Shown here piece after piece: positions 15,464 through 24,611 of a stretch of DNA of 32,000 bases. A program made the position numbers and the translations under genes. Numbering within the stretch: position 1 is the first letter of the stretch; the number at the start of each line of letters is the position of its first letter. Under the pieces are notes generated by a model. The model saw nothing but the letters and a program-made list of their open reading frames with translations. It was not told the origin of the DNA and did no database searches. The DNA lies in assembly GCF_000684975.1 (NCBI RefSeq), contig NZ_BAXZ01000018.1:4924-36923 (forward strand), read 5' to 3'. The stretch comes from Paraburkholderia acidipaludis NBRC 101816 (GTDB lineage Bacteria > Pseudomonadota > Gammaproteobacteria > Burkholderiales > Burkholderiaceae).

Positions 15464-17271
15464 AACGGCGCCCCCTCACCCTTCGTCTCGGGCCATTCGA
15501 TACGCCGTCCCGTCGGTTGGGTCACGATCACGAGCTTCGTGTAAAGGTTCACCGTCGCATAGAGGCCGAGGAACCGGTTGAGCATGCTGCCAAAGAGCTC
15601 GAGATCGCCCTCGCCGGCAAAACGCCCGGCGTCGAGTGTCACCGTGATTTCCACGCCGCGCATCAGGCCACCCTTCACAAGCTTGCTGAGCGGCCGGTGG
15701 CGCACGTCGGTGATCGCCTCGATGCGCCTGCGGTTCAGCTCGCCCTCCGTCCAGTCATAGAGCGCGAGCGAGCCACGCAGAATTTCCGCGTCGAGCAGGG
15801 AGAGGTAGTTCGGCGACAGGTGGGAAAGCACACGCCACTGGTACCGCTCCCGGGTGGGGGGATAGACCGGGAGGGTAGGCGCCGTGAGGTTGCGTACCGC
15901 GCCGATGTTGGTGAAGCCGCCGCGCATGCGCGTAATCCCCGCTTCACGCAGGGCCTTGCGCGGCAGCATGCCGTTGGTGCCCGTCACCGACAGTGTGAGG
16001 ATTTCCCTCGGCAGCGTGGTCGCCTGGTCCCACGCGTGGCCGCCGAGCACGAGCCACGTATCGAACCGCCCGGACGGGCCACGTCGCATGTGGGTGTGGT
16101 AATACCGCTCGGGCATGTCGTGGCGCAGCATGCCACCGCGATGCCTGAATGCAGCAAAAGGTACATACTCGAAGCGGCGGCCACGCTCGAAATACTCCAC
16201 ACCATCAACCGAATAGATGTCGATGAGCGAACCGGCCTCGGCCCGCGCGCGCACGCGGTATTCCGTCTCGTGCTGCGTGACCGTTACCGGATCGGCTCCC
16301 ACCGTGAAAAGGTTGATGACCGGCGTGCAGTAGAGGCGAATATTCTCGGCAGTAAAGCGCATGTCGTCCGGATACGGTCGCTCGAGCACGACCTCGACGT
16401 CCACGGACGTGGCCGACGGGGGAAGCGCCTGGATATCGAGTCCGAGCAGGTCGACGAACATGAACTTCTCGGGGAACGTGAAATACTCGAGCAGCAGCTG
16501 GTAGCCGCCAAACGCATTATCGGCCTTGGGCCAGAGGCGTTCTTCGGCGGCAAAGCCGGCGGGCGCGAGACGCAGTCCTGACATCGCGACCGGCGCACCT
16601 GGCCGGTCCTCGGGCCAGCCGGGCAGGCGCACCTGCATCGCCACCGGCTTTGCCGTGAGCGCGGCGTAGAGGGACAGCGCGACAGGCCGGTCTGCGTTCA
16701 GGTACAGCCTCAGGCGCGGCACCTGCAGGCGATCACGCCCGGCCTGGGCCTGGATGTCCAGATGCAGACGGATAACCGAGCGCCCATCCTCGCGCGCATA
16801 GACGCCCGCTTCGGTAAGCGCCAGCGGATACATGTCGACTTCCTGCGTCGTGCGGTACACGCACTCGATCGTGGCATCGTCCGGGCCAGAACCGGTACCG
16901 ACCGGATCGGAGGTGGCTTCCAGTCCGGCTTCGAGTGTTTCGTGCTTCTGCAGCGCGCCGTGCTCGGGGATGAGTTCGAGGATCGCGAGCGACGGGATCA
17001 TGCGCAGGTAGTGCGGCCACAGCATGCTTACGAGCCCTTCCGTCAGCTCGGGCAGCTCGTCGTCGAGCTTGTGGCGCAGGCGCCCCATCAGGAAGGCAAA
17101 GCCCTCGAAGAGGCGTTCGATATGCGGGTCGCGCTCGCCCACACGGTCGAGGTCCAGCTCGCGTGCGCGATCGGGGAACGCGCGAGCGAATTCTTTCCCA
17201 CCTTCGCGCAGGTAGCGCATTTCCGCCTCGAAGTAGCGCAGGATCTCGTTGTCGCGGGTAGATTCGGTCAT
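15460..17271 (-). CDS. tssF: Type VI secretion baseplate subunit TssF
   Basis: 603 aa. N-terminus ILRYFEAEMRYLREGGKEFA is typical of the ImpG/VasA family. Confidence 0.9.
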   Translation of the reverse strand: MTESTRDNEILRYFEAEMRYLREGGKEFARAFPDRARELDLDRVGERDPHIERLFEGFAFLMGRLRHKLDDELPELTEGLVSMLWPHYLRMIPSLAILELIPEHGALQKHETLEAGLEATSDPVGTGSGPDDATIECVYRTTQEVDMYPLALTEAGVYAREDGRSVIRLHLDIQAQAGRDRLQVPRLRLYLNADRPVALSLYAALTAKPVAMQVRLPGWPEDRPGAPVAMSGLRLAPAGFAAEERLWPKADNAFGGYQLLLEYFTFPEKFMFVDLLGLDIQALPPSATSVDVEVVLERPYPDDMRFTAENIRLYCTPVINLFTVGADPVTVTQHETEYRVRARAEAGSLIDIYSVDGVEYFERGRRFEYVPFAAFRHRGGMLRHDMPERYYHTHMRRGPSGRFDTWLVLGGHAWDQATTLPREILTLSVTGTNGMLPRKALREAGITRMRGGFTNIGAVRNLTAPTLPVYPPTRERYQWRVLSHLSPNYLSLLDAEILRGSLALYDWTEGELNRRRIEAITDVRHRPLSKLVKGGLMRGVEITVTLDAGRFAGEGDLELFGSMLNRFLGLYATVNLYTKLVIVTQPTGRRIEWPETKGEGAPF

Positions 17272-17389
17272 GATCGGCAGGTATCAGTGGTTGATGGTTC
17301 CGGATTCCAGACCGCGATCAGGAAATCGCGCGCGCCGCACGGAATTTCCTGGTCAAGACGCGCCTGGTCACGCTGACGGACCCGATGCT

Positions 17390-20300
17390 TCATTGAGGAA
17401 CAACGCCTGCGGGAAGCGCGACGGTTGAGTGCTTCGCCGCCGCGATGGCTGCCTTGGGCAGCGGCGGCGGCCCTGAGGGCGCGGGCTGCCTTGCGGCGGC
17501 GAAACTGCTGCGATCCACGAAGATGCGCGAGGGCAGCACAAAGCCCCGCAGTGCGAGCAGCTCCATCGGCCCTTGCCCCACATCCGTGTGGATCAGATAG
17601 CGCAACGGATGCGTCATGTCCGGGGGGGCAGGCGCGAGCGGTTCACGCGCCACCTGCGCGGCGAGATCGGTGAGCCCATCCACTTTCGTCACGCCAGACT
17701 TCGGATCGGCGTTTTCCGGCTTCGCCTGCCACGTCAGCTGATACGTCGCACTGTCCATTGGCTCGACCTTTGCACGCTCGAGCAGACGCACGAGCGCCCA
17801 GCGGCCCGGGAATTCAAAGCCCTTGTTCGTACCCGCCGTGTCCGTCTGCCATTCGAGTCGCGTACCGGCCTTCTGCGGTTCGCTCGATGGCCATGTCATC
17901 GTGCTCCAGGATTCCACCTGGTTGTAGTAATGCAGCGTCTGCCCGTCGAGCGTGAGCAGCGTGTCGGTGATGCCCGGTGTCGGCACGGGTTTGAGCCCGA
18001 ATACGAACTGCGGCTCGCCTTGCGCGAGCATGTGCCCCGCGATCTGTTGAAGGGTATTGATGGCCTTCAGGAACGCCGGATCGAATGCGCGTGCGGTGCT
18101 GGCCGACCCGCTGCCGCCGCCACCGGAGGATGGCACCCACTGGTCGCCCTGCAGCTGCAACGCTCCGGCGAGCTGCGTGGAGAGGAATGTGTCGATCAAG
18201 CCACCCTGCGGGCGCAGGAAGCGCGCGAGTTCCGGCAGCGACGCATCGTTGGCGGTGCTGGCAAACGGATAGCGCCCTGCAAACGAACGGTTCCACGCGG
18301 CGACGATCGTCTCGCGCCATGCGTCGTTCAGGCTCGCTTCCGCGGGTGCAAGCACCGTGCGGGTCGCCTGCGTGACCGGCTCGACGAAGAGCGAATTGCC
18401 CATGCCGGCCCACTGCTCGCCCAGGCTGGCCGCGATGAGTTGCGCATAGCCGAGCGTATCGGAGAGGTCCGAGCCCTTGCCCTGATAGAGCGCCTGCGCG
18501 ACCTGCCGTGCCTGGTCGTCGGAGTCGGGACTGTCGCTGATCTGCTGCAGTTTCAGGCGCAGCGTCGTCACCCGTTCCGTGAAGCGCTCAAGGCTCAGGT
18601 CGCTGGCCGGGGACGTGGCGTTACCGTTACCCTGGGCAACAAGCTTGAGCACCGGACCGAAGGAGGCGCCCAGCGGGCCGGCGGGATCGGCCTGTGCCGG
18701 CTGCGGGGTGTCGTCCTTCTTGCCGAAGAAGTTCTGGGCCTTCGTAACCAGCGCGTCGGAAAGCGTTGCCTGCTGCGCGCCGGCGCCGCCCTGGTAAGCA
18801 AGCGACTTCATCAGCGCAATGAGCGGAGACTGGCGTGCATCGGCGATGAGCTTCAGTTGCCCGACGGCGGCCGGCAGCGTGGGAGCGGCCGCACACCGGA
18901 TGCTGTTCATGAAGTCCTGCCAGTGCTCGGTGTAATCGGAGAAGTAGTGGGCACGCAGTGCTGTACGCAGCTCGTCGGGTGTCATGGCCGTGCCCGCCTG
19001 CGAACTGCCAGCGTTGCCGAGTACCCAGTTGCCTTCGACGCCATTGTGTTTGGCGGCGTCGTCGATTGCGGCTTCGATGGAGCCCTCCCAGGCCTGACGC
19101 GTAAAGACGCCCGGAACCGTCGCCGACGTCGAGAAAAGTCCGCGCGTGTCCGTGCCCGCAGTCACTGAGGCAAGCGTCTGGTCGGGGTACTTGTGGCCGA
19201 CCGAGTCGAGAATGCCCTGATAGATCGTGTCCTCGGAGTTCCTGACGCCGATGATCGCAAGCAGCGTCTGGCGCGCGTTGCCCACGAGATCCTCGCGCGG
19301 CTGGATGCGCCAGTCGGGATGCGTGGGAAAGTGCTGCGCCCAGAAACCCAGCAGCTGCGCGGACAGGTCGAGTTTTTCTCCGGGGCGCAGACCGGTATCC
19401 AGATTCCAGTGCTGCCCGAGCTGGGGCGTCATGAAGGCGGGATCGGCACGCTGCGGATCGGCCATCATGAGGTAGGTCTTGAGCGCCTGCTGGCCGTCCT
19501 GCGCGACCTGGCTGCTCTGCGTGTCGACCTGGGCCGTCGACATCTGACCGAGATCGACGAGCTGGCCTTCGATGTCCTGCTGGACGGGGGCGACGAGCAA
19601 CGGCTTTGCGGCGCGCGCGTAGGGCTTCCACAGGGCATCGAGTATGGCCCGGTCGTGGTTCAGCCCGAAACGGGTCAGCAGCGGCGTATGTTCCTGCACG
19701 CGAGCCTCATGCAGCCCGATGCGCTGCTGGAGACCGAGCAATGCGCGCAGGCGGCCCGGGGTATCGCCCGCACGGTTAAGCGCCTGCAGCGACTCGTTCG
19801 TGAGCATGACCTCGTGCGCGTTGTTCATGCCCGAGGCGAGCATGCCCACGCTCCAGATGCCGATGAGGACCAGGGCAACCGTCGAGGCAATCGTGACGGG
19901 ATTGGACCAGGTACGGCGGCCGGGCGTGTGCCTCGAGGCGTCAGCGAGATAGCGCCACAGCGGTAGACGGCTGCTGCACGAAGCGCCCGACGAGCTCGAT
20001 GCGGTTGCACCGGCAACGACCAGAGGAGCGAAGAAGGCGCCGGCTACCGGCAACGGGCGACGCTGCCAGTCGGTCAGGCCCGCGATCCAGCGCGCGAGTG
20101 GCGCACTGCGGACGTCGAGCCGCGTGGACAGATCCGATGCGTAAGCGTCGTCGCCGTTCGTCGCCAGCTGACGCACGCTGCGGTCGGCGAGCTGGTCACG
20201 CAGCCCGAGCAGCGCCGTTTCGATGGCGCTCACGTTGAGCGGGCGCGTGAATTCGCAGCCCGTCACCGGCGTGTCGAACCGATGAACAGCATCGGCGCCC

Positions 20301-20986
20301 GCGACATCCAGAACGTAGACCGGCGCCGACCAGTGCAGCAGTTCGGTCATGCGCGCAAGGCGGATACCCCACTGGTTCTTCTCGCCCGATGGGTCTAGCA
20401 ACGGCGTCCGGTCGTCGAGCACGAGCGCAATCGCATCGAGCGGTCGCATGCGTCGCGACGAACGGAGCTCGCGCAGCCACAGTTCGTCCGGCCGGTCATT
20501 CGCATCCAGCCCACCCCAGAGCAGGACGACGTCATCCGTGATGATGAAACCCTTCTGGGCCAGTTCCGGCATCCAAGCGGTCACGGCCGCGGCGTCACCC
20601 GCGACCAGCACCCACGGCTGGACGTAGGCCCAGAGGAACCAGCGCTTCTGCTTCAGCTGGAATTTCAGTTCTTTCGCCCAGTTGACGACCTGCTCTGCCC
20701 GGCTCTTTGCCGTCACCGCTGCGGGATCCGTCTTGCCGGGTGGTACGGCTCCCTTGTCCTGGGACGTCTGCTGGACCGCGTCCCGCTTCGCCTTGCGTCG
20801 TTGAAGAAGAAAGCCGAGCCCCGCGAGGACGAAGAGCCCCCCGAAAATGAGAATGGCCTTGAACCGGATGATCCAGGCGAGAATATCCTTCGGATCAACG
20901 GTATAAAGAAGCACGCCCGCGATAATGCCAATCACCGCAGCAGCAATCAGAATCCGGCCCAGGATGTGTTTTTTTTCGTTGTTCAA
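17390..20986 (-). CDS. tssM: Type VI secretion membrane-complex subunit TssM (IcmF family)
   Basis: 1198 aa. Two N-terminal TM helices and a third near aa 375-395, followed by a large periplasmic region. The usual P-loop position reads PWVLVAGDAAAVTAW. Confidence 0.9.
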   Translation of the reverse strand: MNNEKKHILGRILIAAAVIGIIAGVLLYTVDPKDILAWIIRFKAILIFGGLFVLAGLGFLLQRRKAKRDAVQQTSQDKGAVPPGKTDPAAVTAKSRAEQVVNWAKELKFQLKQKRWFLWAYVQPWVLVAGDAAAVTAWMPELAQKGFIITDDVVLLWGGLDANDRPDELWLRELRSSRRMRPLDAIALVLDDRTPLLDPSGEKNQWGIRLARMTELLHWSAPVYVLDVAGADAVHRFDTPVTGCEFTRPLNVSAIETALLGLRDQLADRSVRQLATNGDDAYASDLSTRLDVRSAPLARWIAGLTDWQRRPLPVAGAFFAPLVVAGATASSSSGASCSSRLPLWRYLADASRHTPGRRTWSNPVTIASTVALVLIGIWSVGMLASGMNNAHEVMLTNESLQALNRAGDTPGRLRALLGLQQRIGLHEARVQEHTPLLTRFGLNHDRAILDALWKPYARAAKPLLVAPVQQDIEGQLVDLGQMSTAQVDTQSSQVAQDGQQALKTYLMMADPQRADPAFMTPQLGQHWNLDTGLRPGEKLDLSAQLLGFWAQHFPTHPDWRIQPREDLVGNARQTLLAIIGVRNSEDTIYQGILDSVGHKYPDQTLASVTAGTDTRGLFSTSATVPGVFTRQAWEGSIEAAIDDAAKHNGVEGNWVLGNAGSSQAGTAMTPDELRTALRAHYFSDYTEHWQDFMNSIRCAAAPTLPAAVGQLKLIADARQSPLIALMKSLAYQGGAGAQQATLSDALVTKAQNFFGKKDDTPQPAQADPAGPLGASFGPVLKLVAQGNGNATSPASDLSLERFTERVTTLRLKLQQISDSPDSDDQARQVAQALYQGKGSDLSDTLGYAQLIAASLGEQWAGMGNSLFVEPVTQATRTVLAPAEASLNDAWRETIVAAWNRSFAGRYPFASTANDASLPELARFLRPQGGLIDTFLSTQLAGALQLQGDQWVPSSGGGGSGSASTARAFDPAFLKAINTLQQIAGHMLAQGEPQFVFGLKPVPTPGITDTLLTLDGQTLHYYNQVESWSTMTWPSSEPQKAGTRLEWQTDTAGTNKGFEFPGRWALVRLLERAKVEPMDSATYQLTWQAKPENADPKSGVTKVDGLTDLAAQVAREPLAPAPPDMTHPLRYLIHTDVGQGPMELLALRGFVLPSRIFVDRSSFAAARQPAPSGPPPLPKAAIAAAKHSTVALPAGVVPQ

Positions 20987-22140
20987 ACCGTTGTTTCCTT
21001 TTGAGGCAGGGGCAGGATCGTGCAGAGATGAAGAGAGTCGGCTGTGGGTTCGCGCCAGACAACCAGTTGGGGTCCTGCACCGCGCATCGCTTCCATCGCA
21101 ATGGCGAGTGCAATCCAGCCACTGGCGGGCCCGGGCAACCCCAGGGGTTTGTCGAGCAGGCGCTCGGCCGCAGAATCCTTGGGGTCCTGCGTGACTGAAG
21201 AACGGATCGCCGTCGACTCACCTTCTTCGCAACGGGTGAACCACGCGAGCATCGGGCGTTCAGGCGACACCTGGTAATCCTTGATCTGGGTGAGCCCGGT
21301 TTGTAGTGCGTCGGGCGTACTTGCCATGGGGCGGAAAATGGCACCGGCCTGCGGTGCATCCGGCTCAATGAGAAAGGCCGCTGCCCCCTCGCTGAACTCG
21401 TGGGTTTTTTTCCCATCTGCCCAGAACTGCGCGGCGACCACAATTCGCGTAGCCGGATCGACCCGGTCCACCAGATCGGTGATCCACTGCGCGCCGCTGC
21501 TCGCCGGCTGCGGATCGATGTGAAACGTGACGCCTGGAATCGTGCGGCCAAAAATATACGTGGCGCGACGGGTCCAAGACTCGACGTGTTCGAGCGACGC
21601 TTCATCGAGCATGAGGGTGATGGTGACTTCCCGTCGGGTTCGAAGCGCCTCGGCAAAATGCATGGCAACGTGGTGCAGCAGCCTGGTGCACCGGAACGTG
21701 GCGGGGCGATTTTTTCCCAGCTCGAATTCGGCGGTACGGTCCTTCCACGACGGCAGGTCAGCTTTCGGGTCGGCAAATTTGCCGACCTCCTTTGTGGCCG
21801 CCGGGTATGCCACGGCATCGACGACGCACAAGCGGCGGCGGCTCCAGTCACGCCATAACCCCTTAAGCCGATGCCGCTCCTTTTCGACTTCCTCAGCATC
21901 GGTCTGTTCGTCCTCCCACTGGTCGAGCTTAAAACCGAACGTCAAGGCGCAGGCGACCAGCGGTGCGCCAACCAGCGTGGCCCAGAACAAAAGCGTATTG
22001 GTTGGCTTGCCGTGCGGCCAGATCATGAGCACGGCGCCCGCGGTGCCCAGTGCAAGGGTACAGAGTGTGGGAATCCACACGCGCAAGGAGATCGGCTTCG
22101 GATATTCGATTTCCGGGAATGTCGGAATAGGCCAGGACAT
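20983..22140 (-). CDS. Uncharacterised inner-membrane protein translationally coupled to tssM (possibly DUF2875/Tla3-like; not verified)
   Basis: 385 aa. Two predicted N-terminal TM helices (VWIPTLCTLALGTAGAVLMIW and LLFWATLVGAPLVACALTFGF) followed by a soluble domain. Its stop overlaps the tssM start by 4 nt. Confidence 0.7.
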   Translation of the reverse strand: MSWPIPTFPEIEYPKPISLRVWIPTLCTLALGTAGAVLMIWPHGKPTNTLLFWATLVGAPLVACALTFGFKLDQWEDEQTDAEEVEKERHRLKGLWRDWSRRRLCVVDAVAYPAATKEVGKFADPKADLPSWKDRTAEFELGKNRPATFRCTRLLHHVAMHFAEALRTRREVTITLMLDEASLEHVESWTRRATYIFGRTIPGVTFHIDPQPASSGAQWITDLVDRVDPATRIVVAAQFWADGKKTHEFSEGAAAFLIEPDAPQAGAIFRPMASTPDALQTGLTQIKDYQVSPERPMLAWFTRCEEGESTAIRSSVTQDPKDSAAERLLDKPLGLPGPASGWIALAIAMEAMRGAGPQLVVWREPTADSLHLCTILPLPQKETTV

Positions 22141-22166
22141 GGGTCAAATGTGGTTCACGAATCACT

Positions 22167-22343
22167 TTACGGCTGACGCGGAGCCGTTCCCAAACCCGTC
22201 GGCTTTAGTCTGTCGTCGGACTTCACCCAACCCCTTGCGCCAGCGCCATTTTTTTGACTGAAATGGACAAGGGAAACATAACCATCGAACTCAGGGTGCG
22301 AATCGACCTCCCCGTTCGGCAGGACAAATATGTCAGACATCGT
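22167..22343 (-). CDS. Small hypothetical protein (58 aa)
   Basis: The ATG at 22343 is preceded by GAGGGAG with 5-nt spacing. The ORF ends 26 nt upstream of the 385-aa gene. No recognisable motif. Confidence 0.4.
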   Translation of the reverse strand, partial: TMSDIFVLPNGEVDSHPEFDGYVSLVHFSQKNGAGARGWVKSDDRLKPTGLGTAPRQP

Positions 22344-22669
22344 GTCTCCCTCGTCGGGTGCGCAATGGAGCTGCAGCCGATCACGAACAGTTGCCTTGCA
22401 CTCGTCGCCGTCGCCTGGCAGCAGCACCTCGGACTTGCCCTGCGTTCAAGCGTGTTGCAAATCGTAGCGGGAGTCCCGCCGGGATTTGGAAAAGGCGAGG
22501 ACATTGCTGACACACGTCAACATCAACGCGGGGACCCACAACCGAACTGGCACATGACTACCGCTGGATCGTCGTCCGGGGCATCAAAACCGCGTCGGGA
22601 ATGCCTTGGATTCCGCATCACAGCCGCCTATGACTATCGGAATAGCTGAGGTTGATTTGTCGAGCGCCG

Positions 22670-23026
22670 CTATTTATCAACAAGGGTTTTCAAATACTCA
22701 ACTCGCTGCTTGGTGATCGTGACAAGACAGTCTTTCGTAATCAGACCAGATCCAGCACCTTGAGCTTGCGAGGCCTCAGCTGCAATATAACCATTGCATT
22801 GCCGCTCCCTATAGTTAAGCCAAGCTTTTTGCGACTGTTCAAATTCATTCTTGTATTGCGTAGATGAATATATTTTCTGGTAAATGATATTAAGATCTTT
22901 CTTTAGCCGACCTGGATTTTGATCGGCGCAAGATAAATCATCACACACATTCCCGCTTTCGATACACGCTTTAGCAAATGAGCTCAGGGGTAACAGAAAA
23001 ATCACAAGAAAAATTAATTTTTTCAT
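22670..23026 (-). CDS. Secreted DUF1311/LprI-like protein (putative orphan immunity protein)
   Basis: Signal peptide MKKLIFLVIFLLPLSSFA. DUF1311-type pattern LNIIYQKI...QSQKAWLNYRERQC...CLVTITKQRVEYL. Confidence 0.7.
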   Translation of the reverse strand: MKKLIFLVIFLLPLSSFAKACIESGNVCDDLSCADQNPGRLKKDLNIIYQKIYSSTQYKNEFEQSQKAWLNYRERQCNGYIAAEASQAQGAGSGLITKDCLVTITKQRVEYLKTLVDK

Positions 23027-23096
23027 GACGATTTCAACGGACAAATAAGGTGAAAATTGATTTCGATAACGCTTTCATCCCATTTTTCAATAAATG

Positions 23097-23618
23097 CTAT
23101 TGCCCAAATTCGGCAAGCTGCTTTCTGATCGAAGAGGCAGTTTTGAAAGGATATTCGACTGGTTTTCCGTTTACCACCCCATCGAATCCTTCCCCAAACC
23201 GCTCAGACAGACGATCCAGTCGGAAGAACGCTGTATCAGAAATATCCCCAACGTAGCGATAGGCAAAGACTTTGTAACGGACCACTGTTGAGTCTTTAGC
23301 TCCGTCCTGCCACTTCAAGAGGGCTATAACGTCGCGATTCTTCGTATAGAAGACGGTGACAACTTCGGGAGTTCCGTTGTCTGCTCCATATGCATCGATG
23401 ACAAAAGGCTTCTTCCCCGTGCATTGCCAGTTTAGGCTCAGCTGGTATTTGTTGATGTCATCCGGATTGTAACCATATCTCGAAACCATCAACTTACATC
23501 CAGGCTGAATTGCGTCTGCCGAAAGTACGTCAGGCGACGCACGTTGAGCTAATACACTGACAGGACTAATCGCTAAAAATAGAGAACAGACAAGTGTGAT
23601 TTTTTTGAGCATGATCAT
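23097..23618 (-). CDS. Secreted hypothetical protein (putative immunity protein)
   Basis: 173 aa with signal peptide MIMLKKITLVCSLFLAISPVSVLA. Lies in the low-GC cassette. No recognisable domain. Confidence 0.6.
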   Translation of the reverse strand: MIMLKKITLVCSLFLAISPVSVLAQRASPDVLSADAIQPGCKLMVSRYGYNPDDINKYQLSLNWQCTGKKPFVIDAYGADNGTPEVVTVFYTKNRDVIALLKWQDGAKDSTVVRYKVFAYRYVGDISDTAFFRLDRLSERFGEGFDGVVNGKPVEYPFKTASSIRKQLAEFGQ

Positions 23619-23634
23619 TATCTTTTCTGGGTAA

Positions 23635-23835
23635 TTACTTGCCCTGGGGCGGTTGCGTGGTACCTATTGTCTCTTTTATTGCCGATTTTATTTCCAAGAT
23701 ATGTCTGGCGTCACAAAAATCCAACGGAGAATATTGAAAAGAGCATCCAGCATCGGCGTGAGAGTGCTTAATTTCCACGTTTTCGAATGGATGATTTGAT
23801 ATCGCAACTAGAGATTCGGCATGGCAGCCTGTCAC
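23635..23835 (-). pseudogene. Truncated paralogue of the adjacent 23838-24326 gene
   Basis: NHPFENVEIKHSHADAGCSFQYSPLDFCDARHILEIKSAIKE aligns with NHPFTDVRITCAHEECSFRYSNIDFCDQRHIESIKSSLQE of the upstream gene. It then diverges and stops. It has only a GTG start and no signal peptide. Confidence 0.55.
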
Positions 23836-23837
23836 GC

Positions 23838-24369
23838 TTACTCGTACATATAAATTGTCTTGTAACCGCTGAACCGATCGCCTAAGAATGTGAAACAGAA
23901 TTTCCCATTCTTAACCATGCCGTGCGTGAAGATTGAACCCAAGATGCAAATTCGATTGCTACTCAAGCTATAAGAGAGCTCGCCGGCATGTTTAGTCACG
24001 TAACTGTTCTTGAGTGTATGGCCGGAATACGAGTCAATCGGAAGCGGATAGACTACTCCAGTATATGTATCAATTAACATAAGTGAGCGTTGAAAATAAT
24101 TGTCGGGCCCCTCTTGAATTGGCAAGAGTATGTAGTGGAGAAAAAAATTCGGCTTATCTTCTTGAAGAGAAGATTTAATCGACTCAATATGACGTTGATC
24201 GCAAAAATCAATGTTGGAGTAACGAAAAGAACACTCTTCGTGAGCGCAAGTTATCCTGACATCCGTAAATGGATGATTTTCTGCATGACCAGAAATTGAA
24301 CCTTGAGCATTCGCTCCGCAACACAAGCATGATAGAATTATATATAATCAATGAGGTGATTTTCTTCAT
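23838..24369 (-). pseudogene. Secreted protein of the same paralogue family, reading frame broken in a (TA)4 tract (alternative reading: TTG-initiated 162-aa CDS 23838-24326 without a signal peptide)
   Basis: The ATG at 24369 gives MKKITSLIIY and then runs out of frame. The main ORF frame upstream of its TTG reads YIILSCLCCGANAQG. One extra TA unit in tatatata (24339-24346) would join them into a canonical signal peptide. Confidence 0.55.
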
Positions 24370-24611
24370 AATGATTTAATTGCACTGGGACGGCGCCATA
24401 CCTAACCCTGTTGGCCGCAATTGATTGGATTTGCCCACCCATGCACATTGGTATTGTTTTTTCAGTTGACGTATACCACTAAGGTGTAAGCCTTGTAGTA
24501 TTGGTGCGCGTCAGTTCTCCCACATGAAAGAATGAAAACACCATTCATCTTGCATCTCTTGTTCGGCGCTGACTCGTCATATTGAATAAGATTGTCCGGT
24601 GCCAGGTACCG

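Noticed and set aside
14258-16581. Long plus-strand ORFs (14258-15544, 428 aa; 15433-16581, 382 aa) opposite tssG and tssF
   Set aside because: They are antisense to genes with clear family motifs. Their translations are Arg/Ala/Gly/Pro-rich with no motifs. This is the typical stop-codon-poor antisense frame of about 68% GC DNA.
17272-17389. GGAAAT...ATTTCC inverted repeat between tssM and tssF as an internal terminator
   Set aside because: The stem is short (6 bp), the loop is 17 nt, and no U-tract follows. This is insufficient evidence.
17573-19966. ORFs 17573-19168 (+, 531 aa), 18627-19631 (-, 334 aa) and 19193-19966 (+, 257 aa) inside tssM
   Set aside because: They are out of frame with, or antisense to, a well-supported 1198-aa TssM. 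Their composition is Arg-rich and low-complexity, and no ribosome-binding sites are present.
20895-21899. 334-aa minus-strand ORF overlapping the 385-aa membrane-protein gene in another frame
   Set aside because: The translation is extremely Arg/Ser/Pro-rich. The competing frame has TM helices, a coupled stop/start with tssM and protein-like composition.
24370-24611. Mini-ORFs on the minus strand between the 273-aa gene and the frameshifted gene (e.g. MNGVFILSCGRTDAHQYYKAYTLVVYVN)
   Set aside because: They are too short (28-36 aa) and have no ribosome-binding site. They may be debris of another immunity gene, but this cannot be supported from the sequence alone.
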